From IMG/VR virus record IMGVR_UViG_3300022555_000019: a stretch of 64,000 bases of DNA, one strand, 5' to 3'. Position numbers and translations under genes: made by a program. The notes beneath the pieces were generated by a model. That model did no database searches. It was not told the DNA's origin and worked only from the letters and a program-made list of their open reading frames with translations. Positions within the stretch are counted from its first letter, which is position 1. Each line of letters opens with the position of its first letter. Origin of the DNA: an uncultured virus (IMG/VR IMGVR_UViG_3300022555_000019) (taxonomy: Duplodnaviria; Heunggongvirae; Uroviricota; Caudoviricetes). Of this stretch, positions 16,947-27,915 are shown piece by piece.

Positions 16947-17315
16947 TTACTCGTAGATAAATTCGATGTTATAGCCTTTAATTACAAAGGAAACATATAA
17001 AATGTCTCTGGCTTCGCCATCATAAACATCGACACTCAAATCATATCCCATTTTTATTAATTCTGGAACATAAATGAAAATTTGATCTTCAATTTTCTTT
17101 TTGAGGGTACTTGTTGATACTTTAGTTTGCCATAAATAATATTCTAAGTTGGCACCAATCGGATCACCAAACACTTCACCTGAGTTTGTGAACAACACCA
17201 TTTCAAGCTTTTGAACAATTACTTCAATTTCGTCATCTTCAATAATTCTATTAACTTCATATTTTGGATGACCATCATATCGAATAACTAAATCTTTTAC
17301 ATCTTTTAAAGCCAT
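16947..17315 (-). CDS. baseplate wedge protein (gp25-like)
   Basis: LFTNSGEVFGDPIGANL...IEDQIFIYVPE. Confidence 0.7.
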   Translation of the reverse strand: MALKDVKDLVIRYDGHPKYEVNRIIEDDEIEVIVQKLEMVLFTNSGEVFGDPIGANLEYYLWQTKVSTSTLKKKIEDQIFIYVPELIKMGYDLSVDVYDGEARDILYVSFVIKGYNIEFIYE

Positions 17316-17362
17316 GGTGGAGCAATATTTTTTAATATATATTAAAAAAAACTTCTTCCCCT

Positions 17363-17653
17363 GTGGAAAATCAAGATTTTAGTAATTTTATTACAGTAAT
17401 AGATTACATTGGTAGAATGGAAAATGGTGTCGGAATTCTTCTATCTATGAAAGTTGAAGAGGATATCTACCAACTAATATATTGGTTCGATGAAGATAAT
17501 AACTATCTCTTAAGCGCAGATGCCAATTTCCTTAAAAAATATAATGTTAAAACTATTTCAGAATATAAGAACTATAAGAAATTAGCATATTATATTCACA
17601 ATTTTGTATTGACAAACAAAGAAGAAATACTAAAGGAATTTATTAAATTATAA
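17363..17653 (+). CDS. hypothetical protein
   Basis: 96 aa, GTG start, divergent from a palindromic TTAATATATATTAA site (17332-17345). Confidence 0.65.
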   Translation: MENQDFSNFITVIDYIGRMENGVGILLSMKVEEDIYQLIYWFDEDNNYLLSADANFLKKYNVKTISEYKNYKKLAYYIHNFVLTNKEEILKEFIKL

Positions 17654-18099
17654 ATCAAATCTGCTTGAAGTAAGATACACTTTCATCGCACCAACTGGTT
17701 CATCGTGTATATTAAAAATATTATCAATACGATGGTATCTTGTCGATTCTTTAAATTTTATTAATACTCTATAGTCTTTTTTAACATAAGTATTAAGCGA
17801 TTTAACTCCTATGTAGTGATATCCCTTAAAACTTATACTAACATCTTCAACTATTCCAACATGAGTTGTCCCAACAAACCTATTACGACTTTGGCAACTA
17901 TGATTATCATCGAAAGTATTACATGGCGGTGGAGTAGTTGGATCATATGAAATTTCACATTCAAAAGATACCTTCTGTCCTATTAAACTCTTAAAAATTC
18001 TCTCAAATGTAATTTATCATGAGAAACGTTTTTCCACACATTATTTATATCGATAGATATTGAAAAATCATATTTATTATATTCTGCTAAATACTTCAT
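17648..18099 (-). pseudogene. frameshifted member of the MKYL...FDL family
   Basis: MKYLAEYNKY... stops early; the shifted frame continues ITFERIFKSLIGQKV...SSRFDL*. Span is 452 nt, one short of in-frame. Confidence 0.7.
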
Positions 18100-20093
18100 T
18101 TCTTAACCAATGTTATCCCTTTCCAAATAATATTTACAGAACTGAAACCATCTGTACTTTTTGGGTCTTCGTGGTAATATACTCCATTTCTATCTGTCCA
18201 GCCACCTCTAAGTATAGCAAATTCATTTCTTCCAATTAAAATATCACCCATTGTTGGATCAATACCTTTTGACTCATTAGTATTATATTGTGTCGTATTA
18301 TACCCAACAACTGTCGTACTTCCAACAGAAACGCTTCCCCCATTATCTATCGCAGGCCCAATTAATCTTGCAGACGTTGAAACACTTGTACTAATTGGGG
18401 CAAATTTTGTTGTGTTTTTAACATTACTACTACTATCTGCGGAAGCACTTTTTTTAGCAGCTTGAGCCTGTCCATATTGAATACTTTTCATATAATCAGC
18501 ATTAACATTTACTGACGATGAATTTGCGGTATATGTTGTTTCAACCGTAGTACGTTGTTTTGTACTCAAAATAGCACCATCTTTGTGATAATCTTCATTA
18601 TCTTTACCTACAAATTCAATATTCACGCTATCAATACCATCAATTGTTTTTAGTTCCCTGATAATATCAGCTTTAATTATTCTATCATATCTTTCATTAT
18701 TTGCAAAATATGCCGATAATTTTTCAATTATTTGCTCTCTGATATTATCATCTGTCGAATCTTCAAAACGTCTTATGAAAATATTGGCAATATATCTTTT
18801 TATAGATGGATTAAGAATTTTTATAGTTGCAGTAATACTAACGGTTCCTTGTTTCTTTAAATATGTTATAATCCTTTGTTTTTGCTCTTCGCTAAGCCAA
18901 AATTTATCAAATGGAACATTAAAATAATTCACATCGCCATTGAAATAATTTATAATTTTAGGTATTAAATAAAGATACATTTCATTTATATTAATATCAT
19001 CTAATCTGCCGTCACTATCGATATCTATTTTAACCATATCCAATGTATTAAAAGCATTGACCTTGGAGAACATATTAAGCTTCTTTAGATGATAAATAAA
19101 TTGATCTGGTGTAGCTAACACAAAATTTCTGGATACGTGAGGAACAACAGTTTTTGTGTATTCGATAGATTCACCATCTGAGCCAAACATAATGTCAGTA
19201 TCAACAAAAAGATCAAATATTTGTGAAACTTGAATTGGATTACCATCATTATCAAAAATATCGTCTACAAATATAAAGTCGTTGACTTTTGGATTAAGAA
19301 TATTACCTTTAACCCCATCAGTTAAAAGATATGTTATGGTTATATCTGAACCAACTGTTGGGATAATCCCATTGGTACCATTACCAAAATAAACATCCAT
19401 ACCACCGTTAAATCCTGTTCTTGTATAGCAAGCGTATTCATTTTGAAACATATCGTACAAATGATCTTTTATGGTCATATTAATACCATTTAATGTTATC
19501 TTATAATCAAAATTATCTATTGTAGAATTATTATTGACAGTTACCTGTATCGATTGATTAGCACTTCCATCCCCAGTGTAACCTTGGGTTTCATATTTAC
19601 CCTGAACTACTGCCACAAAAAATTGGCAACCTGGTGTTAACGAATACGTACTTTTATCATTTCCGATTTTCAAAGTATAAAACCAATTATTTGTTTTATC
19701 ACGAAGTGTTGTATTTTCATAAATAACAACAGTGCCGCCAGCAACTTTATCTGTAATATTTATTCCTTGCTTCAATTTAAATTTCAGAGTACCCTTAGCT
19801 GAAATTGCTCTTGTTGGATTATGACCAGCAATTCTTGCCCAGTTAACAATAGCCCGTTTAGAATTGGACTGCTCAACATCGATCTGCTTTATGGCATTTT
19901 TCAAATATAATATATTGTGTAAGAAAAATTCCTTAACAACTTCCAATATTTGACCATACGGAGATGCAGCATTAAATAAAATACTTGATTTATTGTATAA
20001 TCCCTGTAGCCAAGCATTAACTTGCTGCGTAAGATTACTATATTTCAATTCGATAAAATCGAAGACCCTGCTCACTTTTTTACTATCAGCCAT
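18096..20093 (-). CDS. baseplate wedge subunit (gp6-like)
   Basis: ARIAGHNPTRAISA, VYFGNGTNGIIP, YLLTDGVKGN, GSDGESIE. Confidence 0.85.
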   Translation of the reverse strand: MADSKKVSRVFDFIELKYSNLTQQVNAWLQGLYNKSSILFNAASPYGQILEVVKEFFLHNILYLKNAIKQIDVEQSNSKRAIVNWARIAGHNPTRAISAKGTLKFKLKQGINITDKVAGGTVVIYENTTLRDKTNNWFYTLKIGNDKSTYSLTPGCQFFVAVVQGKYETQGYTGDGSANQSIQVTVNNNSTIDNFDYKITLNGINMTIKDHLYDMFQNEYACYTRTGFNGGMDVYFGNGTNGIIPTVGSDITITYLLTDGVKGNILNPKVNDFIFVDDIFDNDGNPIQVSQIFDLFVDTDIMFGSDGESIEYTKTVVPHVSRNFVLATPDQFIYHLKKLNMFSKVNAFNTLDMVKIDIDSDGRLDDININEMYLYLIPKIINYFNGDVNYFNVPFDKFWLSEEQKQRIITYLKKQGTVSITATIKILNPSIKRYIANIFIRRFEDSTDDNIREQIIEKLSAYFANNERYDRIIKADIIRELKTIDGIDSVNIEFVGKDNEDYHKDGAILSTKQRTTVETTYTANSSSVNVNADYMKSIQYGQAQAAKKSASADSSSNVKNTTKFAPISTSVSTSARLIGPAIDNGGSVSVGSTTVVGYNTTQYNTNESKGIDPTMGDILIGRNEFAILRGGWTDRNGVYYHEDPKSTDGFSSVNIIWKGITLVKK

Positions 20094-20746
20094 TACACTT
20101 TTATTTTATTTTTTAAGGTTTCGCCAACAACCTGAACCAGCGTATTTAGATTTGGCTGCTCAACAGTATAAAATTTATCAAAAACATTAAACTTAAGAAC
20201 AAAGACCTTATCCGATTCTTTAGTTATTTCCAACGACACATTCTGATTATTATTTAAATCTATTACGAAGCTAAAAAATAATGATTTGCATGGTTGAATT
20301 TTTATTTTTGGTTCATATTTAAAGCCAATAACGGATAACCCCTTAACATCGTTTTCACTAAACCACTCATTAAGTAACGTTGCTGGAGATTTAATAAATT
20401 TCGATAAAATTTTAAGATTTTCACCAAAATTATTTGATTTAAAAACCTCAGTTATTTTATTTGACATATCCTCAACATCAGTGAATTCTACCCTATGGTA
20501 TTCGCAATTAATGTCAAATAAATATGTGAAATAGTTCTTTGTGACATTAGTTTTATTAGCATCTGTAATAAATATCAATTTAGTATATAGAACATTTACA
20601 TCTTCATACAAAATTTTATTCATGAATATGATTAATTTGAGCTCTTCGGAATTTTCGATATGCTCATATACCGTATCAACTGAAAGTACCTTCGTTGTAT
20701 CAAAAACGGTTTTTATTTTATTAACTAAATCGGCTACAGTTATCAT
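20093..20746 (-). CDS. hypothetical protein
   Basis: 217 aa, coupled to the gp6-like gene. Confidence 0.75.
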   Translation of the reverse strand: MITVADLVNKIKTVFDTTKVLSVDTVYEHIENSEELKLIIFMNKILYEDVNVLYTKLIFITDANKTNVTKNYFTYLFDINCEYHRVEFTDVEDMSNKITEVFKSNNFGENLKILSKFIKSPATLLNEWFSENDVKGLSVIGFKYEPKIKIQPCKSLFFSFVIDLNNNQNVSLEITKESDKVFVLKFNVFDKFYTVEQPNLNTLVQVVGETLKNKIKV

Positions 20747-21129
20747 AAGTCAAATTTCTGTGTATTTTTATGTTTGATCATATCATCTTTAATCTTTTCA
20801 AAGTTTGCTTCTGGAATGTGTACTAATAACATAAATTTTGGGCTCCCAGTATAGAAGTACTGAATTGAAGGGTCCAGATTATCAAAATATTCTAACATGC
20901 GATTTATACTCTTTATCTTTTTTTTATCTACTGCTGAAGAAACTAATACAAATTTACATTGAATAATTGATGAATTTTTTTTACGGATCACTTTAATATA
21001 ATAACTCACTACATCGTTATCATCATTGGCACCAAACCCAGTAACCCCATAATACGCATCCAAATCCTTGAGAATATTAAAATATTCGAGAATACTTGAT
21101 TGTGTCTCATAAATTTTTAAATATTTCAT
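20743..21129 (-). CDS. MKYLKxYE...KFDL family protein
   Basis: N-terminal MKYLKIYE, C-terminal QKFDL; shares YFDNL with neighbour. Confidence 0.75.
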   Translation of the reverse strand: MKYLKIYETQSSILEYFNILKDLDAYYGVTGFGANDDNDVVSYYIKVIRKKNSSIIQCKFVLVSSAVDKKKIKSINRMLEYFDNLDPSIQYFYTGSPKFMLLVHIPEANFEKIKDDMIKHKNTQKFDL

Positions 21130-21497
21130 AGATCAAATCTTTTTTGTCTTTTAATTTGGTCGGTATAGTTCTTTATTTGTTTATAACATAAATTAAAAAT
21201 TGGGTCAGACATTTTTATTTCAATCAGAACACCATTAAACTTATCTGGGCGACATCTGATCAAATACCCAATTTTACTATTTAAGTTATCAAAATATTGA
21301 AATAATTCATAAATACCACGCAAATTTTCTTTATCAAGCTCAGGTAATAAGTAAATATTTCCAATTAAATAAGCCCCATCATACTTAACAACAGCCTTAA
21401 CAAACGTTGATGTGAAGCATGGTATTAATTCATTATACACTTCTTTTAATAACGAAATATTACCACTTTTTGATTCAAATAAATTAACGTGTTTCAT
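21126..21497 (-). CDS. MKHxxxFE...RFDL family protein
   Basis: MKHVNLFE...KRFDL. Confidence 0.75.
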   Translation of the reverse strand: MKHVNLFESKSGNISLLKEVYNELIPCFTSTFVKAVVKYDGAYLIGNIYLLPELDKENLRGIYELFQYFDNLNSKIGYLIRCRPDKFNGVLIEIKMSDPIFNLCYKQIKNYTDQIKRQKRFDL

Positions 21498-21871
21498 AGG
21501 TCAAATCTGCTCGTGTTTTTATATTTATCTGCAACCAATCTAAGTTTTTTTAGCAATACACTTGGGAAATTAATAGCCACTGCTAAATCATACCCAATTT
21601 TACTACTTTCACTCATTGTTTGGCACAATCCATATTGAACTTTAGGTGACAATGTTCTTAAATATGAAATAATCCTATTAAAACGATCAATATCATCAGT
21701 CTTCATAAATTCTCCAACTGCACAATACCAAATTATATTACGATAATACCCACCACTATAAAATTTGGTAGGATTATATCCAAAGCTGGCAAAAAATAGT
21801 TTTCCAACTTCATCTTTTTCGTTGTCTTGGTCTTCACGTTTAGTCTCAAACCTTTTTAATTCAATAGGCAT
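21494..21871 (-). CDS. LKRFE...RFDL family protein
   Basis: MPIELKRFE...SRFDL. Confidence 0.75.
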   Translation of the reverse strand: MPIELKRFETKREDQDNEKDEVGKLFFASFGYNPTKFYSGGYYRNIIWYCAVGEFMKTDDIDRFNRIISYLRTLSPKVQYGLCQTMSESSKIGYDLAVAINFPSVLLKKLRLVADKYKNTSRFDL

Positions 21872-21874
21872 TAT

Positions 21875-24550
21875 TTAAATTATTTTATATGAAATATCAT
21901 ATCTATCCGAAAAAGTTGAAGTGTTTGTACCATCAACCCTAAGAATTGATATTTGGACTCCTCGATAATAACTAACAAATGGATTTGACCTGTGAATATA
22001 GCCGCCAACAACTGAAGCATTCAAATTTATGACTATATCAATCCCAGTTTTTTGTAAAATTTGATATGCACCGCTGAAGTCAACTGTGTTACCAGAAATA
22101 TCTGTAAAATAAAAATTCTGAACATACACGGTATCTCCACTTTTAAACATATCTTCAGTTAAAACTAAATTTGTAAATCCAGTGGAACAGAACGATACGC
22201 CTGTTACCACATCAGTTGTATTAACATCTATATTCTCATTTGTGAAATAACTATTTGTAAATGTTGATTGGCGTGGAACAGAAACATTGTAACTTGTCAC
22301 ATCCGTAGGTAAATCCACATTGAAAATATTTATTTGAGATTTAGTATTATTCATATCAAAAATCATATTCAAATATAGACGTTGAGCATATTGTGCGTAT
22401 TCTGGGCGAACAATAATATCTAAACGCTGCTTATTTCTCAACTCACGGTCAAATACTATCAGAACATTTCCACTATCTGTAGATACATTATTATTAACAA
22501 TATTTATAAGCATTTTATTTGTAAACGATAATGCGACAGGATATGATGCCCCAGTGTTGGCAAAATTGTAGTTATACACATCAGAAACACTAAGATTCAA
22601 TATCTGATCATATTCAACACCAACAACATTAACTTTAAGCATCGGATATACCCCAGAATTATCTACAGATATTTTTGCTGTATCTGAATCAATAAGCTGG
22701 TTAGTCTGATATAATTTCAATAACGACTCCATGTTATTCATTTTTGATTTCAATTCATCCATATCCGATTGAGAATAAATGATTGTTTTCATCTGCTGTA
22801 TATCATTATTGATTCGAATAAATTCCCCTATTATATTAACAAAATTTTCATTAACCTGATATAATTTACTCATCATATCATTATACATATCAAAACCAAA
22901 CATATTATAAATAGTTGATGGATCATATGTCAATGGAAGAATGTCATTATCGATATTATAGTGAACATTAAGATTGAACATATAAGACAGACCATCGTGA
23001 ACACCATTTGTTACCAATTTATGATATGGTGTGATTAACGTATCCAGTAAATCATCATCATTTGTTGGATTGTTTAAAAATTCGATACCGTATAAATTAA
23101 CATATGAATGAAGATTGTGATCTTGATCTTCTTCAATTAATTCGTAATACCATAAAATAGCATTAAAATCAAAATCATCAGGAGCATTGCCTTCAATTGA
23201 AATAGAATTAAATTCATCAAAATTATTAACTTCCAAATTTGGAATGTTCATCTTGTAATAATGATCCTTATCGAAATCCATGAAGGTACCATCAATATTT
23301 GATGAATCAAAATCTGTCAGTTTTTCAATATACGCATCGCCATTTAAGCCAGTATTATTAGTTAGCAAAACACCATAATAATCTCCCTGATACCTTAGTT
23401 TATCACCATCACTACTCATATACGTCTGATCTGCTGTATCGAATTGCCCATAGTACGAACCAGGATAATCCTGTGGGTCACTTCTGATTGGACAATTTAG
23501 ACTCTCGGCACCATAAATTTCATCTTGAATTTCACTTGAAAGTAAAGGTATTTCCAATCCTGGATAATAATTTGTATTATCCCTTGTGCCAAATAAAATC
23601 GTTGGTGATTTTCCAGCTTGATGTGGTATATATGCTGTTATTTCCTGACCAACCCTTGAAGCTGTCTGAATATTAGAAACTGAATTTATCTCACCAACAT
23701 ATTCAACCAGCCTATTATAATTAAGGAAACAATACATATTTGAAAAATAATGATATCCTTCCCCATTAAATGGAACATCTAACCACACATATGATGTTGC
23801 CCCAGTTGTATTAAATAATATTTGACCAATGGAATAAGTAACGCCAGTTGTCAATCCAGAGAATCCCAATGATGTTATACCAGAAAATATTATTTGATCA
23901 CCTATTTTATATTTTACAATTTCATTGATAGTTAAAAGAGGGGTGTTTGATGCATATGGATAATCGGCACTTTCTTCGATTTTACCAACATTGTAATGTA
24001 TAATTTCACGCTCTTTCCACGCATATTTTCTAAAATAATCCTGATTTGTAGATGTCGTTGCGTTTGGGTTATCGAAATCAGATAAATTCTTATCCCAATC
24101 AACTTTATGGACGGCTGGTTCCCAATCAATTAAATTGAGTTTTCTACACCATTTCCAAAATATATGTTCCGTTGGTGTATACCTTTCACCAATATTATAA
24201 AAATCAGTATTCTTATTGATTCTGCTTTCATGCAAAGCTGTATCATAATTAGCTACATAGTTTCTAAGCGATTCAACCAGTTGATCACCAAAATTGGATG
24301 GTAGATTTGTGTTAGGATCAGTTGAATAAAATGGGTTAGAACCATCATTGGCTTTAGGTAAAAAGTCAAAAACACCATCTACTGGTGATGTACCATTAAC
24401 AACTTTTGGAAAATTTAAAAGTGCAAACTTGGTAAAATTAATCTTGTAATATTGACTGTAATTAGCAAGATTGAAATCTTGGGCTGACGAGGGCCAGGCG
24501 TAGAAACTTGTCCCACGAGGTTTTAAAAATTTGAATAATGGGCTACCCAT
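21875..24550 (-). CDS. large putative virion structural protein
   Basis: 891 aa, N/D/T-rich, central coiled coil; AATATATA upstream; near baseplate genes. Confidence 0.65.
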   Translation of the reverse strand: MGSPLFKFLKPRGTSFYAWPSSAQDFNLANYSQYYKINFTKFALLNFPKVVNGTSPVDGVFDFLPKANDGSNPFYSTDPNTNLPSNFGDQLVESLRNYVANYDTALHESRINKNTDFYNIGERYTPTEHIFWKWCRKLNLIDWEPAVHKVDWDKNLSDFDNPNATTSTNQDYFRKYAWKEREIIHYNVGKIEESADYPYASNTPLLTINEIVKYKIGDQIIFSGITSLGFSGLTTGVTYSIGQILFNTTGATSYVWLDVPFNGEGYHYFSNMYCFLNYNRLVEYVGEINSVSNIQTASRVGQEITAYIPHQAGKSPTILFGTRDNTNYYPGLEIPLLSSEIQDEIYGAESLNCPIRSDPQDYPGSYYGQFDTADQTYMSSDGDKLRYQGDYYGVLLTNNTGLNGDAYIEKLTDFDSSNIDGTFMDFDKDHYYKMNIPNLEVNNFDEFNSISIEGNAPDDFDFNAILWYYELIEEDQDHNLHSYVNLYGIEFLNNPTNDDDLLDTLITPYHKLVTNGVHDGLSYMFNLNVHYNIDNDILPLTYDPSTIYNMFGFDMYNDMMSKLYQVNENFVNIIGEFIRINNDIQQMKTIIYSQSDMDELKSKMNNMESLLKLYQTNQLIDSDTAKISVDNSGVYPMLKVNVVGVEYDQILNLSVSDVYNYNFANTGASYPVALSFTNKMLINIVNNNVSTDSGNVLIVFDRELRNKQRLDIIVRPEYAQYAQRLYLNMIFDMNNTKSQINIFNVDLPTDVTSYNVSVPRQSTFTNSYFTNENIDVNTTDVVTGVSFCSTGFTNLVLTEDMFKSGDTVYVQNFYFTDISGNTVDFSGAYQILQKTGIDIVINLNASVVGGYIHRSNPFVSYYRGVQISILRVDGTNTSTFSDRYDISYKII

Positions 24551-24614
24551 AAATATTTATTTGTTTTTAGTTATATATTAAATTATTACTCCCAATTCGT
24601 ATATTTTATCATAC

Positions 24615-24649
24615 AAAAAAAACCCTATCAATTTATTGATAGGGTTTTT
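24615..24649. terminator. intrinsic terminator
   Basis: A8-CCCTATCAAT-TT-ATTGATAGGG-T5. Confidence 0.85.
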
Positions 24650-24674
24650 AACTATTTTTAGTCAAATTTAATTT

Positions 24675-24908
24675 TCAACTTTCATTCCAAAGACGTTTAT
24701 TCAACTCCATTCTGATTAAACTAATATCAATTTCGTAATCAGCTTTCTTATCATCAAGATTAATTTCTCCGCCATGAGAATCAATCAAAAGCTCAATGTT
24801 TTCGAGAACAGTTTCAAGTGATGATAATTCCCTGCGTAATTTTTCAGTTGGCATTTTTTCGTATTTCTCAATAGTTGAGAGTTTTTTCTTCTTAACCATA
24901 ACCATCAA
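24675..24908 (-). CDS. hypothetical protein
   Basis: 77 aa. Confidence 0.6.
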   Translation of the reverse strand: MMVMVKKKKLSTIEKYEKMPTEKLRRELSSLETVLENIELLIDSHGGEINLDDKKADYEIDISLIRMELNKRLWNES

Positions 24909-25309
24909 TTAGATTTTATAATTTTTTTCATTTTTAGTTGGCGGTCCTTTAAAAGTTTTGCAGCTTCATATTTCACACCATAATTTAATCCTTCTGTAGT
25001 CCACGTATCAACCTCAAAACTAAGTTCAAGTGAATCATACCCCCTTATGGCTTTAAACCCGCCAGTGCCAGTCCAACACCCAAATTCAACCCCATCTTTA
25101 GCCATTGCTACCAAAAGCTTTCTTGCAACTTTTTTCATTTCCCTAATATCTGGAACACCAAAGGTTGGAATTAAAGCCCATTTCCAATCGAGAAATGTCA
25201 TTACTTTGTGAACTTTTTTGAAATCAAAATTTTGAATAACATAGTCGATATGCTCCTTGGCATTTAATGTTAATTTATTATCAGATGTTATTAATTTTTC
25301 ATCTTCCAT
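24905..25309 (-). CDS. hypothetical protein with C-terminal RxxK tag
   Basis: NFDFKKVHKVMTFLDWKW; ends DRQLKMKKI. Confidence 0.7.
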   Translation of the reverse strand: MEDEKLITSDNKLTLNAKEHIDYVIQNFDFKKVHKVMTFLDWKWALIPTFGVPDIREMKKVARKLLVAMAKDGVEFGCWTGTGGFKAIRGYDSLELSFEVDTWTTEGLNYGVKYEAAKLLKDRQLKMKKIIKSN

Positions 25310-25358
25310 TAAATATTAATTCATTTTTATAGTATATCTATTTTTAGCAAAATTGTTT

Positions 25359-25745
25359 TCAAATTTTTGCTAATTTATCAAGTTTTAATTTTCTTAACTC
25401 GGCATTCTTTATTTTATCAAGTATTTGAATAAACAATTCTCTCTGAGCCTCAGGAGCAAATCTATATTCTGTGACTTGCCTATACACTTTCCACATATAA
25501 ACAATTCTAAATCCACCGTCAACTGATACAAATTCTGGGTTTAAATAAAAATTTGTTTCCCCAGTTTCAAAATTTCCGCTATCCTCATCAAGAATATTAT
25601 TTCTTACCAAATAATTAATAAATTCGTTATTTAGTATAGATTCAACATCATGCTGCCCCCATCTATTTAAATAAGAAACATCACCAACCGTTGTAACGCA
25701 ATCTCCAGCAAGAATTTTTTTGAATGTATCGTAATTACTTAACAC
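25359..25745 (-). CDS. hypothetical protein with C-terminal RKLKL tag
   Basis: Ends ELRKLKLDKLAKI. Confidence 0.65.
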   Translation of the reverse strand: MLSNYDTFKKILAGDCVTTVGDVSYLNRWGQHDVESILNNEFINYLVRNNILDEDSGNFETGETNFYLNPEFVSVDGGFRIVYMWKVYRQVTEYRFAPEAQRELFIQILDKIKNAELRKLKLDKLAKI

Positions 25746-25980
25746 TTTTGTTTATTTTTTTAAGTTTATCAGCTCTCAACAAAATATTCTTATCAAACAC
25801 TTTGAAATGATAAGTATGCATAGTTTGATGTAAATATTCACATGCACGTTCAGCCTCTTCTTCTGTATCATAAACTTTTGCAAACATAAGTCTATCTGTA
25901 AAAGTTAAACTATCCCAATGGAATGGATAATATTTATAATCAGTGTTAATTACAACAAATTCCATATTAAAAATCTCCAT
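25735..25980 (-). CDS. hypothetical protein with C-terminal RxxKL tag
   Basis: Ends LLRADKLKKIN. Confidence 0.65.
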   Translation of the reverse strand: MEIFNMEFVVINTDYKYYPFHWDSLTFTDRLMFAKVYDTEEEAERACEYLHQTMHTYHFKVFDKNILLRADKLKKINKSVK

Positions 25981-26584
25981 TATAATAATGACAAACTAAA
26001 TATTGCGGGGAAGTTTCCAATTTTTTGTATCTGAGCCCCAAACTGGCTAATTTAATAACATATAAGAAATCATGACCATATCCACTCATCCATTCCAACC
26101 TATCATCTTTCTTATGTGTGATCGCACTGGTTCCAATTGAAGCGAATCTTGGCTCCACGATTCTGAGATGTAGTTTTTTGAATGTTGGTTCTGTAACCAT
26201 ATAATCATTATAATATACCCAATCATAATTATGAAGATCAAATTGGCTCATGATAATTTCCAAATGTCTGGTTCCGATCACATCATCAGAATCTAAATAT
26301 GAAATAACTTCCCCGCTGGCAATTCTGAGCGCAGCATTTCTCATTTCACCAGAGTAATGAGCTTGCTTATTCACCGCTGTCAACTTAATACTGTCGTCAT
26401 TAATAAAATGCTGATGATAAAGCTCAACCGTTTTTGGACAACCATCGGCAACAATAATCAACTCTTTATCGGCATATGTTTGCTTTTTGAAGCTATTAAC
26501 GGCACGAATGAATTTTTGCTCACGATTCGATGCGGACCCAGGATACGCCCCAAGATAACTTGCCATAATTACACTAACTTTCAT
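25967..26584 (-). CDS. glycosyltransferase family 2
   Basis: KVSVIMASY, QTYADKELIIVADG, RNAALRIASGEVISYLDSDD. Confidence 0.9.
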   Translation of the reverse strand: MKVSVIMASYLGAYPGSASNREQKFIRAVNSFKKQTYADKELIIVADGCPKTVELYHQHFINDDSIKLTAVNKQAHYSGEMRNAALRIASGEVISYLDSDDVIGTRHLEIIMSQFDLHNYDWVYYNDYMVTEPTFKKLHLRIVEPRFASIGTSAITHKKDDRLEWMSGYGHDFLYVIKLASLGLRYKKLETSPQYLVCHYYNGDF

Positions 26585-27423
26585 GCTATTTTATTGTTTT
26601 TTAAGAAAATATTGTTCAATTTTAGCATTCGAACCAATTTTTCTTTTTCTTTACCATCTATATGATAGCTACTACTTAGATGTATAGATAAATCATTCCA
26701 AGTATAGAAATCAATATGTTCCATATCATAAAAAAAGAAAAATCTATCTCTTATTTTAACGACAATATCATAAATACTGTCCTTATAGTATCGAACATAA
26801 AAATTACCAGTTTTTTTAACAAAAAAATTATCATTTGGATAAAATTCAATTGGAATTTCATCATCTTTATCTATTTTTTTATATGGTATTTTAATTTCCT
26901 CCAATTTATTAACAAACCACGTACTATTTTTTATAATCATAGTCGGGTCGGCATCATGTTCAAAAAAAGATTTTTTAGTAACAGCAATACCATCGCCAGA
27001 TTCACCACGTAGAATACCGTGAGCATTATTATCGTTAAAAACATTACTTTTTTTAATAAAATCTGGGTCATTAATCCTTTTAGGTGGTGAGAATTGATTA
27101 ATAACCTTTCCATTTTTTAAAATAGAAACAGTATTGCCGTCAAAAACGCCATAATAATTTTTAATTTTAATGTAGGATGTAACAACAAAGTGGGTTAATA
27201 CCAAGCTTTCAAACCTTTTTATATTAGTTTCATGCGAAAAATATGTTGCTGGAACCCCAGTTTTTTCTTGAAATTTTTTGGCTTTTTCTTCATATAACAA
27301 AGAGAAATTCTTAAATCCATCAATATTAAATGGCTCACCGACATCCTTTTTCATATTGTATAACGCCAATAATTGGCTTGGCTCAAATATCTTACAGCCT
27401 ATCATATCTTGGACAGTCATCAA
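26581..27423 (-). CDS. hypothetical protein with C-terminal RxLKL tag
   Basis: 280 aa; ends LVRMLKLNNI. Confidence 0.7.
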   Translation of the reverse strand: MMTVQDMIGCKIFEPSQLLALYNMKKDVGEPFNIDGFKNFSLLYEEKAKKFQEKTGVPATYFSHETNIKRFESLVLTHFVVTSYIKIKNYYGVFDGNTVSILKNGKVINQFSPPKRINDPDFIKKSNVFNDNNAHGILRGESGDGIAVTKKSFFEHDADPTMIIKNSTWFVNKLEEIKIPYKKIDKDDEIPIEFYPNDNFFVKKTGNFYVRYYKDSIYDIVVKIRDRFFFFYDMEHIDFYTWNDLSIHLSSSYHIDGKEKEKLVRMLKLNNIFLKNNKIA

Positions 27424-27507
27424 TAATTTCTATTTTTTATTTTTATATCAATTAAAAACCATAAAGTTTAGAAAATATATACAGATAATAAAATATGAAT
27501 TAGACCT

Positions 27508-27915
27508 ATGATAACTAAATTTAGCCAGCTTTACGAAAAAGCAAACTTAGCTGATATTGAAATAAATATTGAAAATAAAAAAGATGATTTAATCAAAAAA
27601 CTTATTGATGAATTGTCACTTGTTATATTCAAAAGAAAAGGAAACCATAAAACTGTAAGAATTACCAAATTAGATGGCGGATTTGAAAAATATGGTAAAA
27701 ATTTAATATATACAGACATTACAATAAATTTATCTAATGGGGATACCATAAATGGTAAGCTTTCTGATGAAAAAGATACTAAAAATATAGAAATTAAGAT
27801 AAATGATGAAAAAGTGTTCGATATACCAAGTTCTAAATTCAATAATGAAAAATTGATAGATAAGATTATAGACGAATATAGAAAACATATTCAAAAATCA
27901 TGGAAGATTAGATGA
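27508..27915 (+). CDS. hypothetical protein
   Basis: 135 aa; AATATATA at 27474. Confidence 0.7.
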   Translation: MITKFSQLYEKANLADIEINIENKKDDLIKKLIDELSLVIFKRKGNHKTVRITKLDGGFEKYGKNLIYTDITINLSNGDTINGKLSDEKDTKNIEIKINDEKVFDIPSSKFNNEKLIDKIIDEYRKHIQKSWKIR

